The translations under genes were made by a program, and so were the position numbers. A DNA stretch of 64,000 bases from NCBI GenBank assembly GCA_963598795.1, contig CAVBUY010000001.1, forward strand, positions 90,534-154,533, read 5' to 3'. The notes beneath the pieces were generated by a model, which searched no databases, was not told the DNA's origin, and saw only the letters and a program-made list of their open reading frames with translations. Below are positions 1-9,580 of the stretch, in pieces (the stretch's first letter is position 1; each line of letters opens with the position of its first letter). The DNA comes from Alistipes shahii. Lineage in GTDB: Bacteria > Bacillota_I > Bacilli_A > RFN20 > CAG-826.

Positions 1-778
1 TATGAATCAAAGGCCTCCTCAATTTGAGCCATTTGATCTTGCTCGAGATATTCATGACACAAATTCCGGATATGCCATCTTTTTTATAGAGATATTCGCC
101 TTGCTCTGAATAAACAACCGGTCCATATCCATCGGTTAAAGTCAAATAAGCCTTATGGCGAACGCCGACTAAAGGCTTGATGATTTTTTCTTTCGTTCTA
201 ATTGGGGTTAAACCGGGTTTAAAAGAGGTGCCAGAATAACCTTTGTTGACCAAAAGAGAAAGAAATGATCCGTCACTGCCCAATTTCGGGGATGAGGCTC
301 CGCCATTTGTTATTATCAGCTTGTCGCAAAGTCTATCTCCTTTATCGGTTTCTACAACGATTTTGTCTCCTTCACGTTTGTAATCCAAAACTCTTGTGTT
401 AAGGGAAACAACAACGTTTCCGACAGCCAACTTTTTCTCTAATTCATTGACGAAACTCGGAGCGTTATAACTTAAAGGGTAATAAAGGTCGCCCACTCTA
501 GTTAGAGGTATGCCAAAATCATTGTATTGTTGAATTAGATCATCAATTGAAAAAGAGGAGATTATTTGCGAAAACAAATCGGAATTACAGTTATATGACG
601 ATAAATCGATGTTGTGGTTCAATAAATTTGCATGGCCGTTCCCAGTCGCCCTTAATTTACGTCCCAATTTTGATTCTTTTTCAATTATTTCTATCGATAC
701 ATCCTTATGCTTTTTTGTAAGAATCAAGGCGGAGAATATCCCTGAAGCGCCGCCACCGACTATTATTATTTTTTCCAT
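1..778 (-). CDS. HI0933/YhiN-family FAD-dependent oxidoreductase, N-terminal part (gene runs off the window start)
   Basis: Minus-strand translation from ATG at 776-778 gives MEKIIIVGGGASGIFSALILTKKHKDVSIEIIEKESKLGRKLRATGNGHANLLNHNIDL. It has a GxGxxG Rossmann motif followed by the GxKxxxTGxGxxN motif typical of the HI0933 family. Not in the ORF track because it is truncated by the window edge. Confidence 0.65.
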   Translation of the reverse strand, partial: MEKIIIVGGGASGIFSALILTKKHKDVSIEIIEKESKLGRKLRATGNGHANLLNHNIDLSSYNCNSDLFSQIISSFSIDDLIQQYNDFGIPLTRVGDLYYPLSYNAPSFVNELEKKLAVGNVVVSLNTRVLDYKREGDKIVVETDKGDRLCDKLIITNGGASSPKLGSDGSFLSLLVNKGYSGTSFKPGLTPIRTKEKIIKPLVGVRHKAYLTLTDGYGPVVYSEQGEYLYKKDGISGICVMNISSKIKWLKLRRPLIH

Positions 779-795
779 ATTCATAAATTGACGTT

Positions 796-1389
796 TTAAT
801 TATTGTTTTCGTCTTGGGCTCTTTCTTCGATTGCCTTTTCTTTTTTAGGCTCTTTGAAAATGATGAATTTTCTCGTTACATAATTGTAAACTAGAACGAT
901 TAAAGTCTTTAGACCAAACATTATGAAATAAAGCCAGAAAGACAATCCGCCTTTATTAAACAAATTGCCCCAAATATTGCTATCGAATGGGTTGATGGGA
1001 TAAGAAATCCCCCATGCGACATTACAAATATATTCCCCAAGGACCATTAAACCGGTTCCTAAAGCGAATCCACCGACGGAAAGACCGATAAATCCCCATA
1101 CGTATTTGGCTTTGTTGTAGTTCTTTTCCTTATCGACGTTTTGGAATACCCAAAGCTTTGACATGAACCAGTTAACGACCAAGGAAACCAAAAAACCGGC
1201 TGTGACGCATATGGCCGTGGCCACGTAATGCAAGTTAGGATTTAAGAATTCACCAGCAGAATCGGTCGCATTCCAATTGTTTTTGAAAGCGAACCTGAGC
1301 ACATAAGAAACGACGAAATCAACAATGGTGGCAACTATGCCAGTCACCGCAAATCGAAGGATTTCGTATAAACGACTTTTTTTATCCAT
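796..1389 (-). CDS. GtrA-family small membrane protein (polysaccharide-synthesis associated)
   Basis: ORF 796..1458. The internal Met at 1389 (MDKKSRLYEILRFAVTGIVATIVDF...) avoids overlap with upstream nadE. Multiple TM helices and an RFxxxG N-terminal motif fit the GtrA family. Confidence 0.5.
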   Translation of the reverse strand: MDKKSRLYEILRFAVTGIVATIVDFVVSYVLRFAFKNNWNATDSAGEFLNPNLHYVATAICVTAGFLVSLVVNWFMSKLWVFQNVDKEKNYNKAKYVWGFIGLSVGGFALGTGLMVLGEYICNVAWGISYPINPFDSNIWGNLFNKGGLSFWLYFIMFGLKTLIVLVYNYVTRKFIIFKEPKKEKAIEERAQDENNN

Positions 1390-1397
1390 AAAACCCC

Positions 1398-3521
1398 TTA
1401 AAGCGATCGTATCTCCGCTAAATAATCTTCTGCCGATGCATCGGAAGGCATTCTCCAATCGCCTCTCGGGGAAACGCTGGCCGACGTTATTTTAGGTCCG
1501 TCTGGCAAGCAGCTTCTCTTGAATTGGTTACGGAAGAAACGGATGAAAAGGTTCTCCAGCCATCCCTTGATTATTTCTGCAGTATATATACCTTCAAACG
1601 CTTCTAAAGCCAAGAAATATATTTTCTTGGGGCCAAAGCCATTAACCAAGAAATGATATAAGAAGAAATCGTTTAGAGGATACGGCCCAACAACGTCTTC
1701 CGTTATTTGGGTTATTCCCTCTTTTCCTTTTGGTGGCAACAATTCGGGAGAAATGGGGGTTGCCGATATGTCGTTTAAGGATTCGGCTGTTTTAGGGAAC
1801 ATCTCAGCGTAAGCTTCAACCAAATATCTAACCAAAGTTTTGGGAATAGAGGCATTTACTCCATACATCGACATGTGGTCTCCATTATATGTGCACCAGC
1901 CTAAGCAAAGCTCTGACAAATCGCCGGTCCCGACCATCAATCCCCCTCTCTCGTTTGCTATATCCATCAAAACCATCGTTCTCATTCTGGCTTGGGCGTT
2001 TTCGTAGGCCAAATCATGTACCTCAGGATCGTGTTTCGTATCTTTAAAATGAGCGAGAACGCTGTCTTTTATGTTAATTTCATCAAAATCAACGCCAAGG
2101 GCATCAGCCAATTTTACGGCGTTATCATGCGTTCTTTTGGAAGTCCCGAAAGCCGGAAGGGTTATGGCGTGTACGCCTTTTAAATCCCATTTGGCTTTTT
2201 TGAATGCTTCAACGGCGACAAGCAAAGCTAAGGTTGAATCGAGGCCCCCTGATAGACCTATATATACGGATTTGGTTTTAACCGTTTCCAAGCGTTTCAA
2301 TAAAGAAAAGGCTTGCATATCGATGATGGTTTTGGCTGCCGATAGATCTTTTTTCTCATTTTCTTTCGTTGGTAAAAATGGGGAACGATCTAGTTTCCTA
2401 TTCAATTTCGTTGGTTTCTCTAGCGGCATGGAAAAACCGACAAAGGAGAAATCGGCATCTATTTTGTGATCGAACGTTCCCGTTTTGCGGCGTTTGGTTA
2501 GCAATCTGTCTATGTCAACATCCGCGATTGCTCCATTTTCCGAAAATAATTCGCTTTCAGATAGCAAATCGCCATCTTCGCAGATCATATTGTGGCCCGA
2601 GAATATCAAATCCGTGGTGGATTCCGTTCTCCCAGAACAAGCGTAAGCATATGCACAAACGTCTTTTTTAGATGTAACCTTAACCAATTCTCGACGGTAA
2701 TTTTGTTTCCCGACCGTCTCGTTTGAAGACGAAAGATTCAATATCAATGTCGCGCCGGCCATAGTAAGGGAGGCGCTAGGAGAATCCGGAACCCAAAGAT
2801 CTTCGCAAATTTCAATCCCTATCTTGAGTTTTTCATAATTCTCATCGATGAAAATCATATTTTTCCCAAATGGATATTCTTTGCCGTTGATGACAATCAT
2901 TCCGCCTCTATCAAAGCCTGACTTAAAGTAACGCTTCTCATAGAATTCGTTGTAATTGGGGATATATGTCTTTGGCACTATGCCCAATATTTGTCCGTCA
3001 TAACAGGCGATAGCGCAATTATATAAATGATTGTCTTTAGCTATAGGAGCACCGAAAACAACAAAAACATGTAGGCCCTTAGTCGCTTTAGCAATTTCTT
3101 CCAAGGCGGGCATTACGTCTTTTTGCATTTTTTCATTTAGGAACAAATCTCCGCAAGTATATCCAGTAAGAGACAATTCTGGCAAAACCAAAACATTGAC
3201 GCCTTCCTTATTGGCGTCCTTGATGGCCTTTTTGATTTCCTTTACGTTTTCTTTTATTGATCCAACATGAACATTAAGCGAAGTAGCCTTAACGCGCACA
3301 AACCCCAATGGCTCACTTTGTTCTTTAATCGAGTAGGTAGATTCGATATTTTTAACACTTTCTCTAAAGCCTTCTCGTCTTAAGGAATCATACTGTTCCA
3401 ACGTCATGATGACCCAGTGACCAGAGCCGTTTTTAGTTATGTAAATCGGTTCGTTCGATTTTGATAATTCTTTTTCTAATTGATTGGTGTTTCTTAAGCA
3501 AGTAATCGGTTCTATTTTCAT
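1398..3521 (-). CDS. nadE: Glutamine-dependent NAD+ synthetase (CN-hydrolase + NAD synthase domains) with an N-terminal ~70 aa Phd/YefM-like extension
   Basis: 707 aa ORF. The CN-hydrolase domain starts near GFVRVKATSLNVHVGS...VLVLPELSLTGY. The NAD synthase domain contains the SGGLDS P-loop. Residues 1-70 (MKIEPITCLRNTNQLEKELSKSNEPIYITKNGSGHWVIMTLEQYDSL) match the Phd/YefM antitoxin pattern. There is no SD before the first ATG. Confidence 0.85.
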   Translation of the reverse strand: MKIEPITCLRNTNQLEKELSKSNEPIYITKNGSGHWVIMTLEQYDSLRREGFRESVKNIESTYSIKEQSEPLGFVRVKATSLNVHVGSIKENVKEIKKAIKDANKEGVNVLVLPELSLTGYTCGDLFLNEKMQKDVMPALEEIAKATKGLHVFVVFGAPIAKDNHLYNCAIACYDGQILGIVPKTYIPNYNEFYEKRYFKSGFDRGGMIVINGKEYPFGKNMIFIDENYEKLKIGIEICEDLWVPDSPSASLTMAGATLILNLSSSNETVGKQNYRRELVKVTSKKDVCAYAYACSGRTESTTDLIFSGHNMICEDGDLLSESELFSENGAIADVDIDRLLTKRRKTGTFDHKIDADFSFVGFSMPLEKPTKLNRKLDRSPFLPTKENEKKDLSAAKTIIDMQAFSLLKRLETVKTKSVYIGLSGGLDSTLALLVAVEAFKKAKWDLKGVHAITLPAFGTSKRTHDNAVKLADALGVDFDEINIKDSVLAHFKDTKHDPEVHDLAYENAQARMRTMVLMDIANERGGLMVGTGDLSELCLGWCTYNGDHMSMYGVNASIPKTLVRYLVEAYAEMFPKTAESLNDISATPISPELLPPKGKEGITQITEDVVGPYPLNDFFLYHFLVNGFGPKKIYFLALEAFEGIYTAEIIKGWLENLFIRFFRNQFKRSCLPDGPKITSASVSPRGDWRMPSDASAEDYLAEIRSL

Positions 3522-3569
3522 AATGTCATAATTCTACCATTATATTGTCACTACAATAAGAATTATAAT

Positions 3570-4463
3570 TTGAGATATAATCTCTCCATGTCAAAAGCAA
3601 CCGCTATCGTTAATGGATATGTCTTATTGGACGGACTAGATAACTTCTATCAAAGGATGAAAGAAGAATTGTCCGAACTAGGCGTGGATTTAGCCTTAAA
3701 AACCACGACAGAGTTGCTTTCTTATATCAATTCCGATGGGAATATCGAATTAAAAGAAGATTTAGGCGACTTCGTTTTGTTTTTAGATAAAGACAAATAT
3801 CTTTCTGCCTTATTGGAAAAAGCAGGTGTCCGCCTATATAACCGCTCAGAATCAATTCGTTTATGCGACGATAAGATGGTTACATATATAGCTTTGGCAA
3901 ACTCTGGCATCAAAATGCCAAAAACAATCGGTTCGCCGTTAAATTATTTTAATTCCGACGATTCTAAGTTTTTAAATGTCATCGAAAGTGAATTTAACTA
4001 TCCGATAATCGCAAAGCGAGCCTATGGATCGATGGGAGCGGGCGTTTATTTGCTACAAAACCACGATCAATTGACCTCTTTCATCAATGAAAATAAAGGA
4101 ATTCCTACATTATTTCAGGAATTCATCGAATCATCAAAAGGCGTAGATTATCGAATCATCGTCATTGGCGGTAAAGCCATAGGAGCGATGAAAAGAAGCA
4201 ATCCAAACGATTTCCGTTCGAATATCGCTTTGGGCGGGACCGCGGAAGCCGTGAATTTAAGCGAAAATTACCTTAAAGTAGCCGAGAAAGCGGCAAAAAT
4301 ACTGAATCTCGATTATTGTGGGGTCGATGTTTTGATCGGAAACCATGGCGAACCTATCCTATGCGAAGTAAACAGCAACGCTTTCATAAAAGGATTTGAG
4401 CACTATACCTGCATCAATGTGGCAAAAGCTTACGCCGAATACATAGTTAACTCGCCAAAATAA
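3570..4463 (+). CDS. ATP-grasp ligase, RimK/YheC-like family
   Basis: 297 aa, ATP-grasp-like (…IIAKRAYGSMGAGVYLL…). The ORF-track start is TTG; ATG at 3588 (MSKATAIVNGY) is a likely alternative start. Confidence 0.5.
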   Translation: MRYNLSMSKATAIVNGYVLLDGLDNFYQRMKEELSELGVDLALKTTTELLSYINSDGNIELKEDLGDFVLFLDKDKYLSALLEKAGVRLYNRSESIRLCDDKMVTYIALANSGIKMPKTIGSPLNYFNSDDSKFLNVIESEFNYPIIAKRAYGSMGAGVYLLQNHDQLTSFINENKGIPTLFQEFIESSKGVDYRIIVIGGKAIGAMKRSNPNDFRSNIALGGTAEAVNLSENYLKVAEKAAKILNLDYCGVDVLIGNHGEPILCEVNSNAFIKGFEHYTCINVAKAYAEYIVNSPK

Positions 4464-4526
4464 AAATCCCATTATCGAGAATCGCGTTTGTCGTTATCTC
4501 AGATAACAGGATTTCTATTGACGTTT

Positions 4527-5195
4527 TTATTCAGCTTTTTTGTCTTCGGTTTCAGCTTCTTCCTTCACTTCTTCGTGAGGAAGTTTTTCTTTGATTTTTT
4601 CAGCGGCTTCAACGGTTTTTGCGCGAATGCCTTTGATGACTTTTAAGACGGTGAACAAGACTATGGCAATGATCAAGAAGCTGATGACGGCGTTGATGAT
4701 AGCGCCCCAGTTGATGATGGCGGCGCCACTATAAACGTAAGTATTCCCATATAAATTATAGGAGTTGAGCATCTGGGTTTGATAATCCAAGAAGGTTGCG
4801 TCTCCGCTGGTAATGGTAATGCCATATGTGTTCAAGGCGTATTGTTCGGTCATTTTCACAATATCCGTGGTGCTGAACGATTGACCTACGCCAGCTAGTC
4901 CGGCTTGAGTTGGATTAGCGGCAGGCAAAACGGTAATTAACCCACTGATTCCACCAGGAACTCCCCAAGTGCAAACGCTCATCAAAACGTTGACGACGGA
5001 GGTTACGATTGCGCTAAACGCCCCGCCTATGACTACGCCGACAGCCATATCGATGACGTTTCCGCGACTAATAAATTTCTTGAATTCTTCCCAAAGTCCT
5101 TTGACCTTCTTTTCGGCTTTTTTCACACTCTCGTTGGTTTTAGTGTCCTTTTTGGCCTTAGCTTGTTTCGTTTCGGATTTATTTTCTTTTGACAT
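4527..5195 (-). CDS. mscL: Large-conductance mechanosensitive channel MscL, with a Lys-rich N-terminal extension and a long periplasmic loop
   Basis: TM1 is [26 protein letters not shown]2 is [42 protein letters not shown], matching MscL. At 222 aa it is well above the usual ~130-150 aa. Confidence 0.65.
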   Translation of the reverse strand: MSKENKSETKQAKAKKDTKTNESVKKAEKKVKGLWEEFKKFISRGNVIDMAVGVVIGGAFSAIVTSVVNVLMSVCTWGVPGGISGLITVLPAANPTQAGLAGVGQSFSTTDIVKMTEQYALNTYGITITSGDATFLDYQTQMLNSYNLYGNTYVYSGAAIINWGAIINAVISFLIIAIVLFTVLKVIKGIRAKTVEAAEKIKEKLPHEEVKEEAETEDKKAE

Positions 5196-5589
5196 AAAAA
5201 TCTCCCTAAAAAACGATGATAATCAGTGGAAAACGCAAAATCAATAAATACGAAGATTTAAGCCAAATTTTCATCTAAAAATGCCTTTTTGCGATATTTT
5301 CTATAGTTTATTTTGCTATTTTAGACATTGTATATTTTTGTTTGAAAGTTCTTGAAAGTTGATGCTATTTCGGCTCTATCATGAAAATCGATATGTAAGC
5401 CCTTATTTTTGTTTCTCTCTCGTTTTAGTATGTGCGTGCATGCTTAATTCCATGAGCAATTCGGTTTATTTTTTTCGCATAACAATTAATATTACCTAGC
5501 ACTCCAAAAAAGGACGTTTCCAATGTTTCAAAATTCGCTTCATTGGTTTTTTGTCCCCTTGGAGAAAGAAATGAAAAGAGGCAACATCT

Positions 5590-7974
5590 ATGATTAGAGT
5601 AGAAAAAAGAGATCATAGCATAGTCGACTTCGACATAACGAAAATCGAATCGGCTATAAAAAAGGCGTTTGAAGAAGTACATCGCGCCATAGATAAGAGC
5701 ATCCTCGAATTGTTGGCTTTAAGAACCGCCGCCAATTTCGACTCGAAGATAAAAGATGGAATAATAGCCATCGAAGACATCCAGGACTCCGTTGAAATCG
5801 TTTTGATTCAAGCTGGATATGTCGATGTCGCCAGAGCGTATATGAACTATCGTCGCTTACATCAAAATATGCGCGACTTGAAGAAAACCGAGATCAACTA
5901 TGCGTCTGTGGTTGACAAATATTTGAACTTAAATGACTGGAGGGTCAAAGAGAATTCCACCGTCACTTATTCCGTTGGTGGTTTGATTTTGTCCAACTCC
6001 GGCGCCGTCACCGCCAATTATTGGCTGAGCCAAATCTATGATCAGGAAATCGCTGACGCCCATAGAAACGCCGATATCCATATCCACGACCTTTCGATGC
6101 TTACCGGATATTGCGCCGGTTGGTCTTTGAAACAATTGATCCAAGAAGGTTTGGGCGGAGTGCCTGGAAAAATAACCTCTTCTCCGGCCAAACATTTGAT
6201 GACATTGTGCAATCAGATGGTCAATTTCTTAGGCATCATGCAAAACGAATGGGCCGGAGCCCAAGCTTTCTCTAGCTTCGATACTTATTTGGCTCCGTTC
6301 GTCAAAGTTGACAACTTGACTTACAAACAAGTCAAACAGTGCATCCAATCGTTCATTTATGGCGTTAATACCCCTTCTCGCTGGGGAACTCAGGCTCCTT
6401 TTACCAATGTTACTTTGGATTGGACCGTCCCTAACGACATGGCTGAGCTTAACTGCATCGTCGGCGGCAAAGAAATGGACTTCAAATATAAAGATTGCAA
6501 GCCCGAGATGGATATGATCAACAAAGCCTTCATCGAAATAATGATCGAAGGCGATTACCATGGACGTGGTTTCCAATACCCTATCCCAACCTATTCCATC
6601 ACCCGCGATTTCGACTGGTCGGACACCGAAAATAACCGTTTGTTGTTTGAAATGACCGCCAAATACGGAACCCCTTATTTCTCCAACTACATCAATTCCG
6701 ACATGCAGCCGTCCGATGTTAGATCCATGTGCTGCCGTTTGCGTCTCGATTTGCGCGAATTACGCAAGAAATCAGGCGGCTTCTTCGGTTCTGGCGAATC
6801 AACCGGTTCGGTAGGGGTAGTAACCTTAAACATGCCGCGTTTGGCTTATTTGGCCACCGACAAAAAGGATTTCTTTGCCAGATTAGACAAATTGATGGAT
6901 ATATCCGCAAGATCGTTGAATGTTAAGCGCAAAGCCATCAATAGCTTCCTCGAAGCAGGCTTATATCCTTACACAAAGCATTACTTAGGAAACTTCAATA
7001 ACCACTTCTCGACCATCGGTTTGGTCGGCATGAACGAAGCCTGTTTGAACGCCCGTTGGATCAGAAAAGATCTTACTGACCCCGAAGCCCAGGACTTCAC
7101 CGAAGAAGTGTTGAATCACATGAGGACCCGTTTGTCCGACTATCAGGAAAAATACGGAGATTTGTTCAACCTCGAAGCCACTCCAGCCGAATCGACTTCT
7201 TATCGTTTGGCCAAGCATGACCGCGAACGCTATCCGGACATCATAACCGCCGGAGAACCGGGAGAGACCCCTTATTACACCAATTCTTCCCATTTGCCGG
7301 TCGGATATACCGACGATATCTTCTCCGCTTTGGATATCCAAGATCGTTTCCAGACCTTATATACTTCCGGAACTGTCTTCCATACATTCTTAGGCGAAAA
7401 GCTCCCAGATTGGGAATCCACCATGCGTTTGGTAAGAACCATCGCCAACAACTATCGTTTGCCTTATTACACCATGTCTCCGACTTATTCAGTTTGCTCG
7501 GAACACGGATATTTGGTCGGCGAAGTCTATAAGTGCCCAGTTTGTAAGAGAGACACCGAAGTTTATTCCCGTATCACCGGTTATTATCGCCCGGTCAGAA
7601 ACTGGAACGCCGGAAAATCCCAAGAATTCAAGGATCGTAAGACCTATGACCTCAACCATTCCAGAAGTCATGACGGAATAGTTTTCGGGGAATCGTTGGC
7701 CGGAGAGACCAAATGCGAAAAGAAGTCGCCTAAGGTAACCGAATTAATGTTATTCACTTCGCCAACTTGCCCTAACTGCAAAATGGCTAAGAGATTGCTA
7801 GACCTTAATGGCATCACTTATAAAAACATCGATGCCTATCAAAACAAAGAAGAGGCCATTGCTTACGGAATCGTCAAGGCTCCAACCTTGTTGGTTCCTA
7901 CTTCCTCTGGTGAATTCGAAGCGTTTGAAAACGCCTCGGACATCAGGGCCTACATTGAATCCGTAAAGAAATAA
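5590..7974 (+). CDS. nrdD: Anaerobic ribonucleoside-triphosphate reductase (class III) with N-terminal ATP-cone and C-terminal fused NrdH/glutaredoxin-like domain
   Basis: ATP-cone at the N-terminus (MIRVEKRDHSIVDFDITKIESAIKKAF). A zinc ribbon (CSEHGY…CPVCKRD) and glycyl-radical motif (SRITGYYRPV) lie near residue 700. The extra ~90 aa C-terminus carries a CPNC redox motif (LFTSPTCPNCKMAKRLL). Confidence 0.85.
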   Translation: MIRVEKRDHSIVDFDITKIESAIKKAFEEVHRAIDKSILELLALRTAANFDSKIKDGIIAIEDIQDSVEIVLIQAGYVDVARAYMNYRRLHQNMRDLKKTEINYASVVDKYLNLNDWRVKENSTVTYSVGGLILSNSGAVTANYWLSQIYDQEIADAHRNADIHIHDLSMLTGYCAGWSLKQLIQEGLGGVPGKITSSPAKHLMTLCNQMVNFLGIMQNEWAGAQAFSSFDTYLAPFVKVDNLTYKQVKQCIQSFIYGVNTPSRWGTQAPFTNVTLDWTVPNDMAELNCIVGGKEMDFKYKDCKPEMDMINKAFIEIMIEGDYHGRGFQYPIPTYSITRDFDWSDTENNRLLFEMTAKYGTPYFSNYINSDMQPSDVRSMCCRLRLDLRELRKKSGGFFGSGESTGSVGVVTLNMPRLAYLATDKKDFFARLDKLMDISARSLNVKRKAINSFLEAGLYPYTKHYLGNFNNHFSTIGLVGMNEACLNARWIRKDLTDPEAQDFTEEVLNHMRTRLSDYQEKYGDLFNLEATPAESTSYRLAKHDRERYPDIITAGEPGETPYYTNSSHLPVGYTDDIFSALDIQDRFQTLYTSGTVFHTFLGEKLPDWESTMRLVRTIANNYRLPYYTMSPTYSVCSEHGYLVGEVYKCPVCKRDTEVYSRITGYYRPVRNWNAGKSQEFKDRKTYDLNHSRSHDGIVFGESLAGETKCEKKSPKVTELMLFTSPTCPNCKMAKRLLDLNGITYKNIDAYQNKEEAIAYGIVKAPTLLVPTSSGEFEAFENASDIRAYIESVKK

Positions 7975-8888
7975 TGAACGATGTAATCATTATCGGGGGA
8001 GGGCCCGCAGCGCTGACTGCGGCCCTTTATTCCCTAAGATCTGGCCGTTCAGTCCTCTTGTTGGAGAAAGAGAACTTCGGAGGCCAAATAGCCGATTCTC
8101 CGAAAGTGGAGAACTTCCCTTCTCAAAAATCCCTTTCCGGCGTTGAGCTTATCGAAAAGATGTTCGAGCAAGTCGACGCGTTGGGAGTGAATTTCGAAGT
8201 TGACGAAGCCTTATCGATTGAAAAACAAGGCAACATATTCATCGTTAAAGGCAACTATGGCGAATACAAAGCCAAATCCGTCATCATCGCCAATGGGGTG
8301 AAACACCGCCACTTGAATATCGAAGGAGAAGATAAATACATCGGAAACGGCATATCTTTCTGTGCGGTATGCGATGGAGCCTTCTTCAAAGACCAACCAG
8401 TGACCGTTATCGGAGATGCCAATTCGGCGTTGCAATACGCCATATCCTTGGCCAAAACCTCCACTTACGTAAATGTCGTCACCTTGTTTGATCATTTCTT
8501 CGCCGATCCTATTTTGGTGGACGCTCTTAAAGCTTTGCCCAACGTTAATATCTATCACAACAAAAACGCCTTCCTCTTTTATGGAGAAGACGACAAATTG
8601 ACCGGCGTCAAATTCAAAGATACCCAAAGCGGAGAGATATTGGATATCAAAACTCCAGGCGTCTTCGTGGCCATTGGGCAAATACCGGACAACGAAAGAT
8701 TCTCCAATGTCTGCGATTTGGATAAAGGGTTCTTCGTCGTTGATGAGAATATGGCGTCAAAAACTCCCGGATTGTTTGTGGCAGGGGATTGTAGAAAGAA
8801 AAAAATCCGCCAACTCACCACGGCTTGCTCCGATGGAGCCATAGCCGCCTTAAGCGCGAATTCTTATCTTTTTACCTTGAAAGATTAA
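7974..8888 (+). CDS. Thioredoxin-reductase-like flavoprotein (FAD site and CxxC present, canonical NADPH site degenerate)
   Basis: GGGPAALTAALY FAD motif and CAVC redox disulfide. The second dinucleotide site reads VTVIGDANSA and the HRRD motif is replaced (TLFDHFFAD). Start overlaps the nrdD stop (ATGA). Confidence 0.7.
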   Translation: MNDVIIIGGGPAALTAALYSLRSGRSVLLLEKENFGGQIADSPKVENFPSQKSLSGVELIEKMFEQVDALGVNFEVDEALSIEKQGNIFIVKGNYGEYKAKSVIIANGVKHRHLNIEGEDKYIGNGISFCAVCDGAFFKDQPVTVIGDANSALQYAISLAKTSTYVNVVTLFDHFFADPILVDALKALPNVNIYHNKNAFLFYGEDDKLTGVKFKDTQSGEILDIKTPGVFVAIGQIPDNERFSNVCDLDKGFFVVDENMASKTPGLFVAGDCRKKKIRQLTTACSDGAIAALSANSYLFTLKD

Positions 8889-9578
8889 TCAATAGCCTCG
8901 CAATTTTGTAGGTATCCCATGTTCGTTTAGGATATCCGCGAAATGCGCGGCTTTTTCTTTATTAACTTCTTTAAAGCCACGTTGAATACAATGCTCGGAG
9001 TCGATGTAGTGTTGCAAAAACATCTTTTTGGCTCCCTTTATGAGTTCAGCAATTTGCCTAATGCTTTCCTCGTTATGAAATTCATCGATTATGGTTGTTC
9101 TGAATTCGTAATCCGGCATTGTTCTTATCAAAGCAATCGATTGCTTGATTTTGTCCATATCCACGTTAGTTAAACCAATGGTTTCGGAATATTTGGCTTC
9201 GGAATTCTTTATGTCCATCGCCACATAATCCAAAAGGTTTTGATCCAACAAACGTTTCAATATAACGGGATTGGACCCATTCGTATCCAATTTGACGTGA
9301 TACCCTAGGGATTTGATATCTCTTATTTTTTCTTCTAAATCCGGCATCAAAGTAGGCTCCCCACCGGTAATGCAGACCCCATCCAATATTCCCTGGCGTT
9401 TTTTTAGATAAGCCATTAAATCCAACCAAGGAATCGTTGGGGTTTCTTTAGGTCTCAAAACCAAATCCGAATTATGGCAAAAAGGGCAACGAAAATTGCA
9501 GCCAGCCGTAAAAAAGGTGGTCGCAATGTGGTTGTCATAATCAACCAATGTGAGTTTCAGCCAACCGGAAAAATCCAA
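8889..9578 (-). CDS. nrdG: Anaerobic RNR activating enzyme, radical SAM (NrdG-type)
   Basis: GCNFRCPFCHN radical-SAM cysteine motif. Convergent and abutting nrdD-trxR. 229 aa. Confidence 0.6.
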   Translation of the reverse strand: MDFSGWLKLTLVDYDNHIATTFFTAGCNFRCPFCHNSDLVLRPKETPTIPWLDLMAYLKKRQGILDGVCITGGEPTLMPDLEEKIRDIKSLGYHVKLDTNGSNPVILKRLLDQNLLDYVAMDIKNSEAKYSETIGLTNVDMDKIKQSIALIRTMPDYEFRTTIIDEFHNEESIRQIAELIKGAKKMFLQHYIDSEHCIQRGFKEVNKEKAAHFADILNEHGIPTKLRGY

Positions 9579-9580
9579 AA

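Noticed and set aside
609-791. 60-aa + strand ORF at the window start
   Set aside because: Lies antisense inside the well-supported HI0933-family oxidoreductase gene (minus strand, Rossmann motif at the N-terminus). Low-complexity translation.
1992-2671. Several 60-130 aa + strand ORFs inside nadE (and similar antisense ORFs inside secA, uvrB, dnaX, yfhO-like and others)
   Set aside because: All lie antisense or out-of-frame within long, well-supported genes. They lack RBSs and have biased low-complexity translations typical of shadow ORFs.
5196-5589. NrdR box or cobalamin riboswitch in the long nrdD leader
   Set aside because: Only weak partial matches (ACATTGTATAT, ACAATTAATATT) to the ACACwAtATaTwGTGT NrdR palindrome. 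No B12-box. Cannot be supported without a motif scan.
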